Shown here: piece by piece, positions 27,108-37,023 of the stretch
Layout of the letters: the number at the start of each line of letters is the position of its first letter
How positions within the stretch are numbered: the first letter of the stretch is position 1
Notes under the pieces: model-generated
Databases searched by the model: none
Told to the model about the DNA's origin: nothing
What the model saw: the letters and a program-made list of their open reading frames with translations, nothing else
Source: Phycisphaeraceae bacterium
GTDB taxonomy: Bacteria > Planctomycetota > Phycisphaerae > Phycisphaerales > Zrk34
NCBI GenBank assembly: GCA_040905565.1
Contig: JBBDRF010000021.1
Span: 101,008-165,007, forward strand
DNA length: 64,000 nucleotides
Reading direction: 5' to 3'
Program-made: the position numbers and the translations under genes

Positions 27108-29611
27108 ACGTCGAACACCCCCTGGCCCCAGTTGAGGGCCATGACCATCCTCGCAATCTGCCCGCATCGCCGATGGCCAACGCGGAGGCGGCCGAGGAGA
27201 TTACGCCGCTGGATCGCGTCCTCGCGGTCATGCGCGGACGCTGGCCCCTCGCGATCGTGCTCGGCGGCGTGCTGGGGATCCTCGGCGGCGTCGCCGGCTG
27301 GCTCGCCGTCACCCCTAAATATGAGAGTACGGGCATGATTCACGTCGTCCCCGTGCTGCCGCGCGGCGTCGAACTGGAGGACCATACTCTCCCGATGTAT
27401 TCCTCCTGGGTGAACTCGCAGGCAACGCTCATCCAAAGTCAGGCCAATCTCGCCAGCGCCCTGCAGCGGAACGAATGGCGTCCTCTGATCGAAGAAGGCC
27501 GGGCAATTCCCTCCCTCAGAACGTTGATGCAGAACGTCACCGTTCAGCATCCTCGCAACAGCGAACACATCGAGGTTGCCTACACGCACCCCGATCCCGT
27601 CGTGGCGCAGAGGGCGGTCCAGACCATCATCGCTGCTTACGAGGTAAGGCACGAAGGCACGCAGCTAAACGACAACCGATTGAACGTCCTCGAGCAGCGG
27701 CGCACGAACCTTCAAGCCGAACAGCAGTCGCTCCGCGATGCGCGGCGGCGCATCGGCGATCGCTTCGGCACCGACGATCTCAGCGCCATCTACTCAGCCA
27801 AAATCACCCAGGCCAACCGCCTTGAAGCACGTCTCGCGGAAGTCGAGATGGCGCTCGCCACGGTCGCAACCGGTGACGAGGAAGAAGGGGCCCAGGGCGA
27901 TGCCGCTGTCCCGAATCTTGAGGATGTCGGCGATGAGCTCGCAGCCGATTTCGACGCGGAATTCCCGGAGGACGACGACCAGCCCGGTGCTGACCTGACG
28001 CTGAACGACATCGCAGCAATGGATCAGCAGACCCGCCGGTACATCGAGCAGCGTCAGAGTCTTGACCGCGAACTTCGGCGGCTGACGCTCTCACTCGGTG
28101 ACAACCACCGTGAAGTCAAGCAGGCACGCTCGCTGCGGGATTCGATCAGCGAAACCCTCGAAAGCCACGTTGCCGACTTGCGAAGCCGCTACACCGGAAG
28201 CGACTTCGGCCTCAACGGAGAGGCGAGCATTTCGGACATGGAGCGGCAACGTGAAATGCTCACCGAGGCTTACTCCGCCGCACTCACGGAGGCCGTCGAG
28301 ATCGGTCGTCGCAACATGGAAATCAGCGGCATCCGCGACACCGAAGAACAGGTCAGCGAGGATCTGAGGCGGACCAATCAGCGCATCGAGGACTTCCTCG
28401 CCGAAGCACGTGTTGGTGGCCGTATCAATGTTCAAAGCCGCGGTGAAGAGCCGCTGGGCCCCGCCCGCGATCGCCGCAAGCTTGCCGCCGTCGCCGGTTT
28501 CACATTCGGAAGCGGGACAGGCTTCGCGATGATTCTGGGGCTGGCGTTCCTCGATCGCCGGTTCCGGAGCATTCAAGACGCCAGCGACGCGCTTGGCCGC
28601 ATCACGATGCTCGGTATTCTCCCCCGGCTGCCTGACGATCTGGCCGACCCCGAACAGGCTTCGATCGCTTCCCACTGTGTGCATCAGATTCGCACACTGC
28701 TACAGATCGGGCCCGAGTCTACCTCACGCCGTGTCTTCAGCGTCACCAGCCCCGGCGTCGGCAACGGCAAAACCAGCCTCACCCTCGCGCTCGGCCTTTC
28801 CTTCGCCAGGGCCGGCGCCAAAACGCTGCTGATCGATTTCGACCTCGGCAGCGGCGGCCTCACCGAGCGTGTGAACGCCATCATCCGCCGAAAGATCGGG
28901 CAGATCCTTCAGCGTCAACATCTGGTCACTGAGCAGCAGGTCGAGCAGGCCCTTCGCGTGGCGCAGGAATCCAACCGTCGCCTCGGTGAGGTGCTCGTCG
29001 AACTCGGCTACGTGACGTCAGAAGATCTTGAAGACGCGCTGTCGCTGCAGGATAACACCCCCGTCGGACTGCTCGACGCGCTGGCGGGTGAGCCGGTCGA
29101 GCATTGTGTGGCGGAAACAGGCATCGCCGATCTCTCCATCCTACCCCTCGGTGCAGCCGAGCCGGACGATGTCGCCCGCCTCTCGCCGCTCACGATCCGC
29201 AGGCTGTTGGAGGAAGCGCGCCAGCAGTTCGACATCATCCTTGTGGACACCGGCCCCGTTCCCGCCAGCCTCGATGCATCCCACGTCGCGGTCGAGAGCG
29301 ACGGCGTCGTCATGGTCGTCTCCCGCGGCGAGCAGCGCACGCAGGCTGAGCGGTCGCTGGATTATCTGGTCTCCATCGATGCACGGTTCGCAGGCGTCGT
29401 CTTCAACCGTGCCGAACAAAGCGACCTTGAAGCGATCGGCGACAGAAGCGGCGCGGGCGAAGGTTCGCTCAGCCGACGACGCTCATCCCGATTCACCGTG
29501 CAACCCGACAAAGCGCACTCTCGCTTCGGACCGGTGGCCCGCGCCGTCGCAGGCTCCGCCTCCCACAGCAAGAACGGCACCAACGGCACCGGGGAAGGCG
29601 GGATGAACTGA
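27104..29611 (+). CDS. Wzc/GumC-like polysaccharide co-polymerase with BY-kinase-like domain, internal MshEN insertion and no Tyr cluster
   Basis: TM1, periplasmic coiled coil, TM2 (…LAFLDRRFRS), Walker A SPGVGNGKTS, A' LLIDFD, tandem MshEN motif, Walker B IILVDTGP, GVVFNR. Confidence 0.88.
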   Translation: MNVEHPLAPVEGHDHPRNLPASPMANAEAAEEITPLDRVLAVMRGRWPLAIVLGGVLGILGGVAGWLAVTPKYESTGMIHVVPVLPRGVELEDHTLPMYSSWVNSQATLIQSQANLASALQRNEWRPLIEEGRAIPSLRTLMQNVTVQHPRNSEHIEVAYTHPDPVVAQRAVQTIIAAYEVRHEGTQLNDNRLNVLEQRRTNLQAEQQSLRDARRRIGDRFGTDDLSAIYSAKITQANRLEARLAEVEMALATVATGDEEEGAQGDAAVPNLEDVGDELAADFDAEFPEDDDQPGADLTLNDIAAMDQQTRRYIEQRQSLDRELRRLTLSLGDNHREVKQARSLRDSISETLESHVADLRSRYTGSDFGLNGEASISDMERQREMLTEAYSAALTEAVEIGRRNMEISGIRDTEEQVSEDLRRTNQRIEDFLAEARVGGRINVQSRGEEPLGPARDRRKLAAVAGFTFGSGTGFAMILGLAFLDRRFRSIQDASDALGRITMLGILPRLPDDLADPEQASIASHCVHQIRTLLQIGPESTSRRVFSVTSPGVGNGKTSLTLALGLSFARAGAKTLLIDFDLGSGGLTERVNAIIRRKIGQILQRQHLVTEQQVEQALRVAQESNRRLGEVLVELGYVTSEDLEDALSLQDNTPVGLLDALAGEPVEHCVAETGIADLSILPLGAAEPDDVARLSPLTIRRLLEEARQQFDIILVDTGPVPASLDASHVAVESDGVVMVVSRGEQRTQAERSLDYLVSIDARFAGVVFNRAEQSDLEAIGDRSGAGEGSLSRRRSSRFTVQPDKAHSRFGPVARAVAGSASHSKNGTNGTGEGGMN

Positions 29612-29616
29612 GCATC

Positions 29617-31062
29617 ATGACGACTTCGACCTCATCAACCATCAGCACCACGCCCGCGAGCACCGAGTCGGTCCCCACCGTCTGGGGACTCACGCCATCG
29701 CAGGTGCACGACCGCTTCTGGGCGGCCCGAGGCGTGCAGGTCGTCCGGCAGGGCGAGCCGTCCGAAATCGTCAGCTACGCCGAGCTTTTTCTGCTCACCG
29801 ATCGACGCTTGCTGACGATCTTCAAGATCAATCGCCTCGTCGACCAGCTCAGTTGGCTCGCGCCGGAAATGATGGTCATCCGTCTCCACGAGACGCGTGA
29901 GCACGGCTACCGCGAAATGGTCGTCACCGATGAGGAAAGTCGTTTCGTGCGGTTCGATCGCCAATACGGTGCCTCGGACTCTCGCCTGGCCCGCGTTGCA
30001 TTGACGCCGAGTAGGCGCATTGCCGAAATCTGGCAGAGCGCGACCGACCCGACGACCGGCTGGCGCGAACTTCGCAAACGCGCCGGCCGCACCAGACGGA
30101 CAGTCGTCTCCGTTGACGCCAATGTCTACGATCGAACCATGCCCCACGAAGTCGTCCAGTGCCTGCGTGATCTGATCCAGATCTGGAAGACGCCCGATTC
30201 AACCATCAGCCGCGCGCGCAGGCTGCAGGGGGCTGTGTGGAGCGATTTGGAATCGACTGTCCCCGCCGACGTTCGGTTCATCGGCCCCGCCTGGGTGGGC
30301 ACCGGCCGAGGCCAACTGCCCGCCAACAGCGTCGTCGGTCCCGCGGTGCTTTGGGACGATCCCGAGCATCGCCCCGACAGTGAGGACCTCCAATGGCAGG
30401 AGATTGAGCCTTCGCAGCCGTTCGAACGCCCCGTCCGCCCCAGCAAGCGGTCGTCGTTCATGTTGATGGCCAAGCGATGGTTCGATATCGCATTCTCCCT
30501 GGCGGTGCTGCTGATGACGCTGCCGCTGTATCCGTTCATCATGCTGGGGATCTGGTTGGAGGACGGCCGGCCGTTTTTCTTTGCCCATCAACGCGAAACG
30601 CTGGGCGGTCGGCAATTCCCATGCATCAAGTTCCGCTCCATGCGCAACGACGCGGAAAAAATCAAAGCGGACCTTCAAAAACAGAACAAAGCCGACGGCC
30701 CGCAGTTCTTCGTCGATCCTGACGACGATCCCCGCCTCACACGCGTCGGAAAGCTGCTGCGAAAGTTGAACCTCGACGAGATCCCCCAGTTCGTCAATGT
30801 GCTGAGGGGCGAAATGTCGGTGGTCGGGCCTCGCCCCAGTCCGCGTGCGGAGAACCAGTGCTGTCCGCCATGGCGCGAAGCGCGACTCAGCGTTCGCCCG
30901 GGCATCACCGGCCTCTGGCAGGTCCATCGGACCCGCGAAGAGGGCATGGACTTTCAGGAATGGATCAAGTTCGACATCGAGTATGTCGAGAACGCCAGCT
31001 GGCGTCTGGACCTATACATCATCTGGCGCACCGTGCTGATTATGCTGAAGTTGAGTGACTAA
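29617..31062 (+). CDS. priming sugar transferase (polyprenyl-phosphate glycosylphosphotransferase) with unusual soluble N-terminal extension
   Basis: KRWFDI, KFRSM, DPRLTRVGKLLRKLNLDEIPQF, GEMSVVGPRP, RPGITGLWQV, DIEYV. Confidence 0.9.
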   Translation: MTTSTSSTISTTPASTESVPTVWGLTPSQVHDRFWAARGVQVVRQGEPSEIVSYAELFLLTDRRLLTIFKINRLVDQLSWLAPEMMVIRLHETREHGYREMVVTDEESRFVRFDRQYGASDSRLARVALTPSRRIAEIWQSATDPTTGWRELRKRAGRTRRTVVSVDANVYDRTMPHEVVQCLRDLIQIWKTPDSTISRARRLQGAVWSDLESTVPADVRFIGPAWVGTGRGQLPANSVVGPAVLWDDPEHRPDSEDLQWQEIEPSQPFERPVRPSKRSSFMLMAKRWFDIAFSLAVLLMTLPLYPFIMLGIWLEDGRPFFFAHQRETLGGRQFPCIKFRSMRNDAEKIKADLQKQNKADGPQFFVDPDDDPRLTRVGKLLRKLNLDEIPQFVNVLRGEMSVVGPRPSPRAENQCCPPWREARLSVRPGITGLWQVHRTREEGMDFQEWIKFDIEYVENASWRLDLYIIWRTVLIMLKLSD

Positions 31063-34000
31063 ATTTATGAGTATCCGAGCGAAAACCAAGCGGCGTCTCC
31101 TGATCCTAACGGCTTGCACCCTGCTGGTGATCGTTCTGATCGCCGGGCTGGCCATGTTCCGCCTTCAGCAGCGTGAACAGCAGGCGCAGGAGCAACATCG
31201 CCTCGGCATGGCCGCCATGGAACGCAAGGATTACGTCGAAGCCATCGAGCACCTGGCCCCGTACACGCGTCGGGATCGCACCGATGCCGAGGCCGCCTAC
31301 AAATACGCCGTGGCACGCAGCAACGTCGAAGCCCCCCAGTACCGCCATATCCGCGAGGCCATCCAACTCTACCTCAACGTGCTTGAAATCGACCGAAATC
31401 ACGAGCAGGCCCAGCGCGACCTGATCGAACTCTACGTGCTCGTTCAGCGTGACGTTGAGGTCATCGAAATGGCCGATCGGCTCCTCGAGACCTATCCCGA
31501 GGACGTCACGCTCATGCGTCAGAAAATGGTGAGCCTTTTGCGACTGCGTCGGCTCGAGGAGGCGCTGGCGGTTGCGGAGCGTGCCATCGAACTGAAGCCT
31601 TTGCACCTTCCGACGCACGAGCGGATGCTTCAGATTCTCACACGGCTGGATCGGCCGGATGCTGAACTCATCGCATGGGCCGAGGAATATCGCGAGGCCT
31701 ATCCCGACGAACCACAGTTCGATGTGCTGCTCGGCTTCGCCTGGGCGGTGACGGGCGACCGGGAGCAAGCGGTCGAGCGGCTAAAAGCCGCCGCCACGCG
31801 TGACCTGAAAGAGCCCGAGCTGATGGTTCGCACGGTCAGCCTTTTGGCAGATACGGGCGAATTCGTCGCTTCCCAAGAACTGCTCGAGCGTTGCGTCGCC
31901 GAAGTCGAAGATGACCAACTTGTTCGGATGCTCGCGCGTCGCCTCTGGGAAGGTAATCGCCACGACGACTTACGCACGCTTCTGAGCGATATTGATACGA
32001 CCTCGCCCGAGACTGACAGCGCATTGCTTGCTTTCAAGGCCGCCACGCAACTGCGTGAAGGCGAATCGGAGGACGCGCAGGCATCGATCGCGCTGCTTAA
32101 GGAGCGGGAGGGCGACAACACCGCCGCCGCGTGGGCGCTGATTCTCGAAGAGGTGCTCGCCAGCGAGAACAAGAGCGCCCACGAAATCATTGAAGTCTGC
32201 AGGGAAGCGATCGCGACCAGTCCGAACCTTCCGTATGTGCGCGTATACCTCGCCGAGGCACTGTCACGCATCGGTGAGACAGAACTGGCCATCGATGAAT
32301 GGAAGGCGGCGACGCAGCTTTCACGGACATGGGCCACACCTCACCTCCGCCTCGCCCAGACTTTCAACGCGACCGGTCGTCATAGCGAAGCCCTCGCTCA
32401 CGCCCAGGCCGCAAGGCATCGTGCGCCCAACAGCCTGCCCGCTGCGGTGACGCTTTCCGAGGTGCTCGCGGAACTGGTCAAGCGTGACGATGCCGACTCG
32501 CAGAATGTCGAGGCCCTGATCTCGCTGCTTCAGGCCATCCAGGAAGGTGCCCCCGGTCAGCATCGCACCATCGCGACTTACGCAGCCGTGCTGGCACAGC
32601 AGGGTGAATCGGAGAAGGCGATCACGGTCATCCGAGAAGCCCTGGACGGCGACGCGGAACTCGGTGAAGACGTCTTGCTTCAACTCGCCGAAGTAAGTCG
32701 AGAACACGATCTGGGCATCACCGACGAAATCCTGCAGCGTTCGGAATCTGAGCATGGCATCTCCGCCAACCTTGCCTACGCCCAGGCCATTTCGCTGCAT
32801 GCTGCCGGCCAAACGAGTCAGGCACGCCAGCAGATGCGTCAGCAACGCGAGGCGCAGGGGCAGGATGATCTTTCCTGGGACCTGGCCTACGCCCGTTTCC
32901 TGGACGTCATCAACGACAGCGAAGCAGCGTCGGCGTGGAAGAAGCTGGCACGCGAGAATCCAGAGAACATCAACCTTCAGCGGACGGTGCTCGGCGTGCA
33001 ATCAATACAGCAGGATCGAGACCTGCTTGATGAGACCATCACACGCGTCCGCGAACTCGGGGGCGATGAGGGTCTCACCTGGCGCATGGCGCGTGCCCGC
33101 TGGCTGCTCAGCGGCAGCGATGACGAGAGCGGTGCCGCCGAAGCCATCGAATTGCTCGAGGAAGTCGTCCGCAATTCACCGAACATCGTCGAGCCTCGAC
33201 TACTGCTGGCGACTGCGATGCAGCAGGCCGGCGATCGCGTTGGTGCGATCGAGCAGCTAACGCTCGTCTCCTCAATGCAGCCGAACAACATGCAGGTGGC
33301 CCTGGAGCGGGCGCGCATGGAGATGCAGGGAGGGCGATACGATTCGGCCCGCCGCATGATCAGTCAGGTTCTGGAGAACCCCGCCACAAGCCGCGCCGAA
33401 CGGCGCACCGCTGCGAACCTCCTCGCCCAACTCGGCGATCCTGAACAGGCCATCGCCTTGCTCAGCGAATCCGGCGAGGCAGGCCAGGGCGAAGCCACGA
33501 GCGACCTTCTGCTCGCCGAACTTCACCTGAGGCGCAACCAACCGGAACAGGCTGCACAGGTCTATCAGCGGTTGATGCAGGACGACCCCAGCGCCGCCGT
33601 AATCCAGGCCTACGCCAATCTCCTCGGCGCTCAAGGGCGACACGATGAAGCTGGCGAGGTGCTCGCGGTAGCAGAAGAACTCGGCCTCACCGACGGGGTG
33701 ATCGCCATGCTTCGAGCCGAATATGTCAGGCAGTACGGCTCAGCCGATAGGGCGATCGAGTATTACCGCGAAGCCCTGGCAGCCGATCCGGAGAACGCGT
33801 CTGTCTGGCGTCGACTCGTCGATTTTTATCTTGATCGAGGCGAGGTCGACCAGGCCATCGAGGTCTCCGCCGACGCAGGTAAGGCTTTGCCGGATAATCG
33901 CGTGTTCGCCCTGTTCGTCCAGCAGGCTGAGCTGGTGCGCCTCGCCGGCAGCCACGATCAGGTTCGGCCCCTCGTTTCCGCGATGCTCCACGACGAAGAG

Positions 34001-35254
34001 CATCGCGACGTCGCACTCGAAGCGCTCCAGATTCTTCAGCGTGCCGAGGAACAGGAGGAGGCCTTCACCAACGTCACCAGCGAAGTCCGACGTCTCGCCG
34101 ATCGCTATCCGCGGTTCCTCGCACTTCAGAATCTGTCGGTCGATCTCTACCTTGTCGTGCGCGAGTACAACAACGCTTTGGCAGTTGCCGAGCGCGCGAT
34201 GCAGAACTTTCCGAATCGCCCCGACCCGGCGCAGCGGGCCACGCGGATTCTGGCGACACAGGGTGCGTGGGAGCGCGTGTTGCGTTTCGCATCAGATTGG
34301 CGCGAGCGGGAACTCTATCGGCCGCTACCTGCCGACGTCGCCATTGCCGAGGCCCACCTGAACCTCGGAGATCATCAGGCCGCGCTCCAGCAGATCGACG
34401 CCTATCTGGAGTCAGCCCGCGAGCAGCCCAACCAGGCCTTTCCGATCATCAACATTTACGCGCGTGCGATGGTCGCGGCGGGGCGTATCGCCGAGGCATC
34501 CGATCTGCTTCAGCCGTTGCTCCCCGACGACAACGCGTGGCGCGATTTGTGGATCAGCCTCGCCATGCGCCTGAACGACGCCGATGAAATCGCCGCCTGG
34601 CTCGAAGCCGTGGAAGAAGCAATTCCCGCCGAAGGTGCCAACGAGCAGGCCAACCTTGCCAGCAACTGGTACGGGCTCGGCCAGCGCTTTGACAGCAACG
34701 ACTATCGGCAGCACGCGCTCTCGATTTTGGAGCAAGCGTCATCCCGCGCCGACGCCCCAGCGGGGGTCCACGTCACCCACGGCGTGATCGCCTATCAGGA
34801 AGGTGATCTGGCCACAGCCGAATCGCAGTACCGAACGGCGCTCAACCGAGATGAAGACCACGCGATCGCGCTGAACAACCTCGCCATGCTCCTTGCCGAT
34901 CGTGAAGCAGCCCTCGATGAGGCCCTCGCCCTGGCCGAACGTGCCGTGGAGGCGACCGAGAGCAACGTCGCCAGCTTCCTTGATACCATCGCCCATGTGC
35001 AGATGCAGCGCGGTGATTATGCCGATGCCATCGTCCACCTCGAGGAGGCCGTTCGCCTCGAGCCGCGCACCATCGAGTGGCGGGTGAATCTGGTCAGGGC
35101 GTACCATCGACAGGGCAGGCGTGATCAGGCGTTAGCGGCACTGGAGGAGCTTGATGGTTTGCAGCCGGACGCTCAGAACCTCGCCCCCAGCCTCCGCGAT
35201 CGCCTTCAACAGCTACGTGAAGAACTGACGGAGACGCAGACCGCAGCTCCGTGA
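31055..35254 (+). CDS. giant membrane-anchored TPR protein (PrsT-like, exosortase-system associated)
   Basis: N-terminal TM anchor then about 1350 aa of helical TPR-type repeats (e.g. ALNNLAMLLA…FLDTIAHV). Confidence 0.85.
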   Translation: MTKFMSIRAKTKRRLLILTACTLLVIVLIAGLAMFRLQQREQQAQEQHRLGMAAMERKDYVEAIEHLAPYTRRDRTDAEAAYKYAVARSNVEAPQYRHIREAIQLYLNVLEIDRNHEQAQRDLIELYVLVQRDVEVIEMADRLLETYPEDVTLMRQKMVSLLRLRRLEEALAVAERAIELKPLHLPTHERMLQILTRLDRPDAELIAWAEEYREAYPDEPQFDVLLGFAWAVTGDREQAVERLKAAATRDLKEPELMVRTVSLLADTGEFVASQELLERCVAEVEDDQLVRMLARRLWEGNRHDDLRTLLSDIDTTSPETDSALLAFKAATQLREGESEDAQASIALLKEREGDNTAAAWALILEEVLASENKSAHEIIEVCREAIATSPNLPYVRVYLAEALSRIGETELAIDEWKAATQLSRTWATPHLRLAQTFNATGRHSEALAHAQAARHRAPNSLPAAVTLSEVLAELVKRDDADSQNVEALISLLQAIQEGAPGQHRTIATYAAVLAQQGESEKAITVIREALDGDAELGEDVLLQLAEVSREHDLGITDEILQRSESEHGISANLAYAQAISLHAAGQTSQARQQMRQQREAQGQDDLSWDLAYARFLDVINDSEAASAWKKLARENPENINLQRTVLGVQSIQQDRDLLDETITRVRELGGDEGLTWRMARARWLLSGSDDESGAAEAIELLEEVVRNSPNIVEPRLLLATAMQQAGDRVGAIEQLTLVSSMQPNNMQVALERARMEMQGGRYDSARRMISQVLENPATSRAERRTAANLLAQLGDPEQAIALLSESGEAGQGEATSDLLLAELHLRRNQPEQAAQVYQRLMQDDPSAAVIQAYANLLGAQGRHDEAGEVLAVAEELGLTDGVIAMLRAEYVRQYGSADRAIEYYREALAADPENASVWRRLVDFYLDRGEVDQAIEVSADAGKALPDNRVFALFVQQAELVRLAGSHDQVRPLVSAMLHDEEHRDVALEALQILQRAEEQEEAFTNVTSEVRRLADRYPRFLALQNLSVDLYLVVREYNNALAVAERAMQNFPNRPDPAQRATRILATQGAWERVLRFASDWRERELYRPLPADVAIAEAHLNLGDHQAALQQIDAYLESAREQPNQAFPIINIYARAMVAAGRIAEASDLLQPLLPDDNAWRDLWISLAMRLNDADEIAAWLEAVEEAIPAEGANEQANLASNWYGLGQRFDSNDYRQHALSILEQASSRADAPAGVHVTHGVIAYQEGDLATAESQYRTALNRDEDHAIALNNLAMLLADREAALDEALALAERAVEATESNVASFLDTIAHVQMQRGDYADAIVHLEEAVRLEPRTIEWRVNLVRAYHRQGRRDQALAALEELDGLQPDAQNLAPSLRDRLQQLREELTETQTAAP

Positions 35255-35414
35255 CGTTCATCGTCATCATCTGAGTGTTGTGCGTTAAGAACCGGTGCTC
35301 GAAAAGGGGCGGGGCCGGATCGCAGAACTGCCGCCACCGGGTGCTCCTGTGGGGCGGTGGACCCGGAATCGGGTAGCGCAGGTTCCATCATCCCCGACTT
35401 TAGGGTGTCATCGC

Positions 35415-35969
35415 ATGCAAGTGGTCGAGACTGAGATTCCGGACGTCAAGTTGATCACGCCGAAAAAGTTCGGCGACCATCGCGGGTTCTTCTCCGAGAC
35501 CTACAACAGCAAAGCCCTCGCCGAGGCGGGCGTCGATCTGGATTTCGTCCAGGACAATCACTCGCTCTCCGCCGAGAAGGGCGTGATCCGTGGCCTACAC
35601 TTCCAGATTCCCCCCTTCGCTCAGGACAAGTTGGTCCGTGTGATTCGCGGCGCCATTCTCGACGTCGCCGTTGACATTCGACAGTCTTCCCCGACGTTCG
35701 GCAAGCACGTCACCGCCGAACTCACCGCCGATAACTGGACGCAGATCCTCGTCCCCAAAGGCTTCGCCCACGGGTTCATCACGCTCGCGCCGGACACCGA
35801 AGTCATCTACAAGGTCACCAACTATTATGCCCCGGACCACGATCGCGGTCTGCTCTGGAACGATCCGGAGCTTGCCATCGACTGGCCCCTGAACGGCGAC
35901 AAAGCCATCCTCTCCGACAAAGACCTTCGGCAGCCGCGCTTCGCAGAGCTGACCGAGCTGTTCCAGTAA
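35415..35969 (+). CDS. rmlC: dTDP-4-dehydrorhamnose 3,5-epimerase family
   Basis: DHRGFFSE, FVQDNHS, RGLHFQ, QDKLVRV, VPKGFAHGF. Confidence 0.93.
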   Translation: MQVVETEIPDVKLITPKKFGDHRGFFSETYNSKALAEAGVDLDFVQDNHSLSAEKGVIRGLHFQIPPFAQDKLVRVIRGAILDVAVDIRQSSPTFGKHVTAELTADNWTQILVPKGFAHGFITLAPDTEVIYKVTNYYAPDHDRGLLWNDPELAIDWPLNGDKAILSDKDLRQPRFAELTELFQ

Positions 35970-35985
35970 GCAAAGGAATCTCCTT

Positions 35986-37023
35986 ATGAAGCGTATTCTC
36001 GTCACCGGCGCCGGCGGCTACATCGGCACCAGCCTCGTTCCCATGCTCCTTGAGCGGGGCTATGCCGTCCGCGCGATGGATCGGTTCTTCTTCGGTCAGG
36101 AGCTGCTGCCGCAGACCGATCGGCTCGAACTGATCCACGAAGATTGCCGTCACATCGCACCGGAGCATCTCGAAGGCGTCGACGGGGTCATTGATCTCGT
36201 CGCCGTCTCCAACGATCCCAGCGGCGAACTCTTCGAACAGGCGACCTGGCAGATCAACCACGAAGCACGCGTCAAATGTGCCCAGCTTGCTCGCGAGGCT
36301 GGCGCCACGCGCTACGTGCTTCCTTCTTCGTGCAGCATCTACGGCTTTCAGGACGCAGGCGTCGTCTGCGACGAAACCCACGAGATCAACCCGCTGACCA
36401 CTTACGCCAAGGCCAACCGGGCCGCGGAGGAGGGCGTGCTGCCGCTCGGCGATGGCGATTTCAACGTCATCGTGCTGCGGCAGGCCACGGTGTTCGGCTA
36501 CTCGCCGCGGATGCGATTCGACCTCGCCATCAACGGCATGACCTATGGTGCCTGGAAGACCGGCAAGCTGCCGCTGCTCCGCGACGGCACCCAGTATCGT
36601 CCAATGGTTCACGTCCGTGACACCGCGGCCGCCCAGATCTTCATGCTCGAGTATGAAGATGCGTCCAAGGTCAACGGCGAAATCTTCAACATCGGGTCGC
36701 GCGAGAACAACTATCAGCTTCAGCCGCTCGCAGAAACGGTTCGTGATAACGTGGCCGAGGTCACCAACCGCTCCGTCGAGATTGAATGGTACGGCGAGCC
36801 GGATCATCGCTCGTATGAAGTCGCCTTCGACAAGGTTGAAGCACTCGGCTGGAAGGCCAAGCTCAGGGCTCGCGACGGCGTGCTGGAGATCTGCAAGGCC
36901 CTGGAATCCGGCGAACTGGACAAGACCGACCGCACCATCACGCTTCAGTGGTACAAGAACCTGGAGCAGTGGAACCGCATCGTTCGCGAAACACGCATGT
37001 ATGAGGGGATGTTGGATATATGA
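35986..37023 (+). CDS. NAD-dependent nucleotide-sugar epimerase/dehydratase (extended SDR)
   Basis: TGAGGYIG, SNDP, SSCSIYG, YAKAN, LRQATVFG.SPRMRFDL. Confidence 0.85.
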   Translation: MKRILVTGAGGYIGTSLVPMLLERGYAVRAMDRFFFGQELLPQTDRLELIHEDCRHIAPEHLEGVDGVIDLVAVSNDPSGELFEQATWQINHEARVKCAQLAREAGATRYVLPSSCSIYGFQDAGVVCDETHEINPLTTYAKANRAAEEGVLPLGDGDFNVIVLRQATVFGYSPRMRFDLAINGMTYGAWKTGKLPLLRDGTQYRPMVHVRDTAAAQIFMLEYEDASKVNGEIFNIGSRENNYQLQPLAETVRDNVAEVTNRSVEIEWYGEPDHRSYEVAFDKVEALGWKAKLRARDGVLEICKALESGELDKTDRTITLQWYKNLEQWNRIVRETRMYEGMLDI

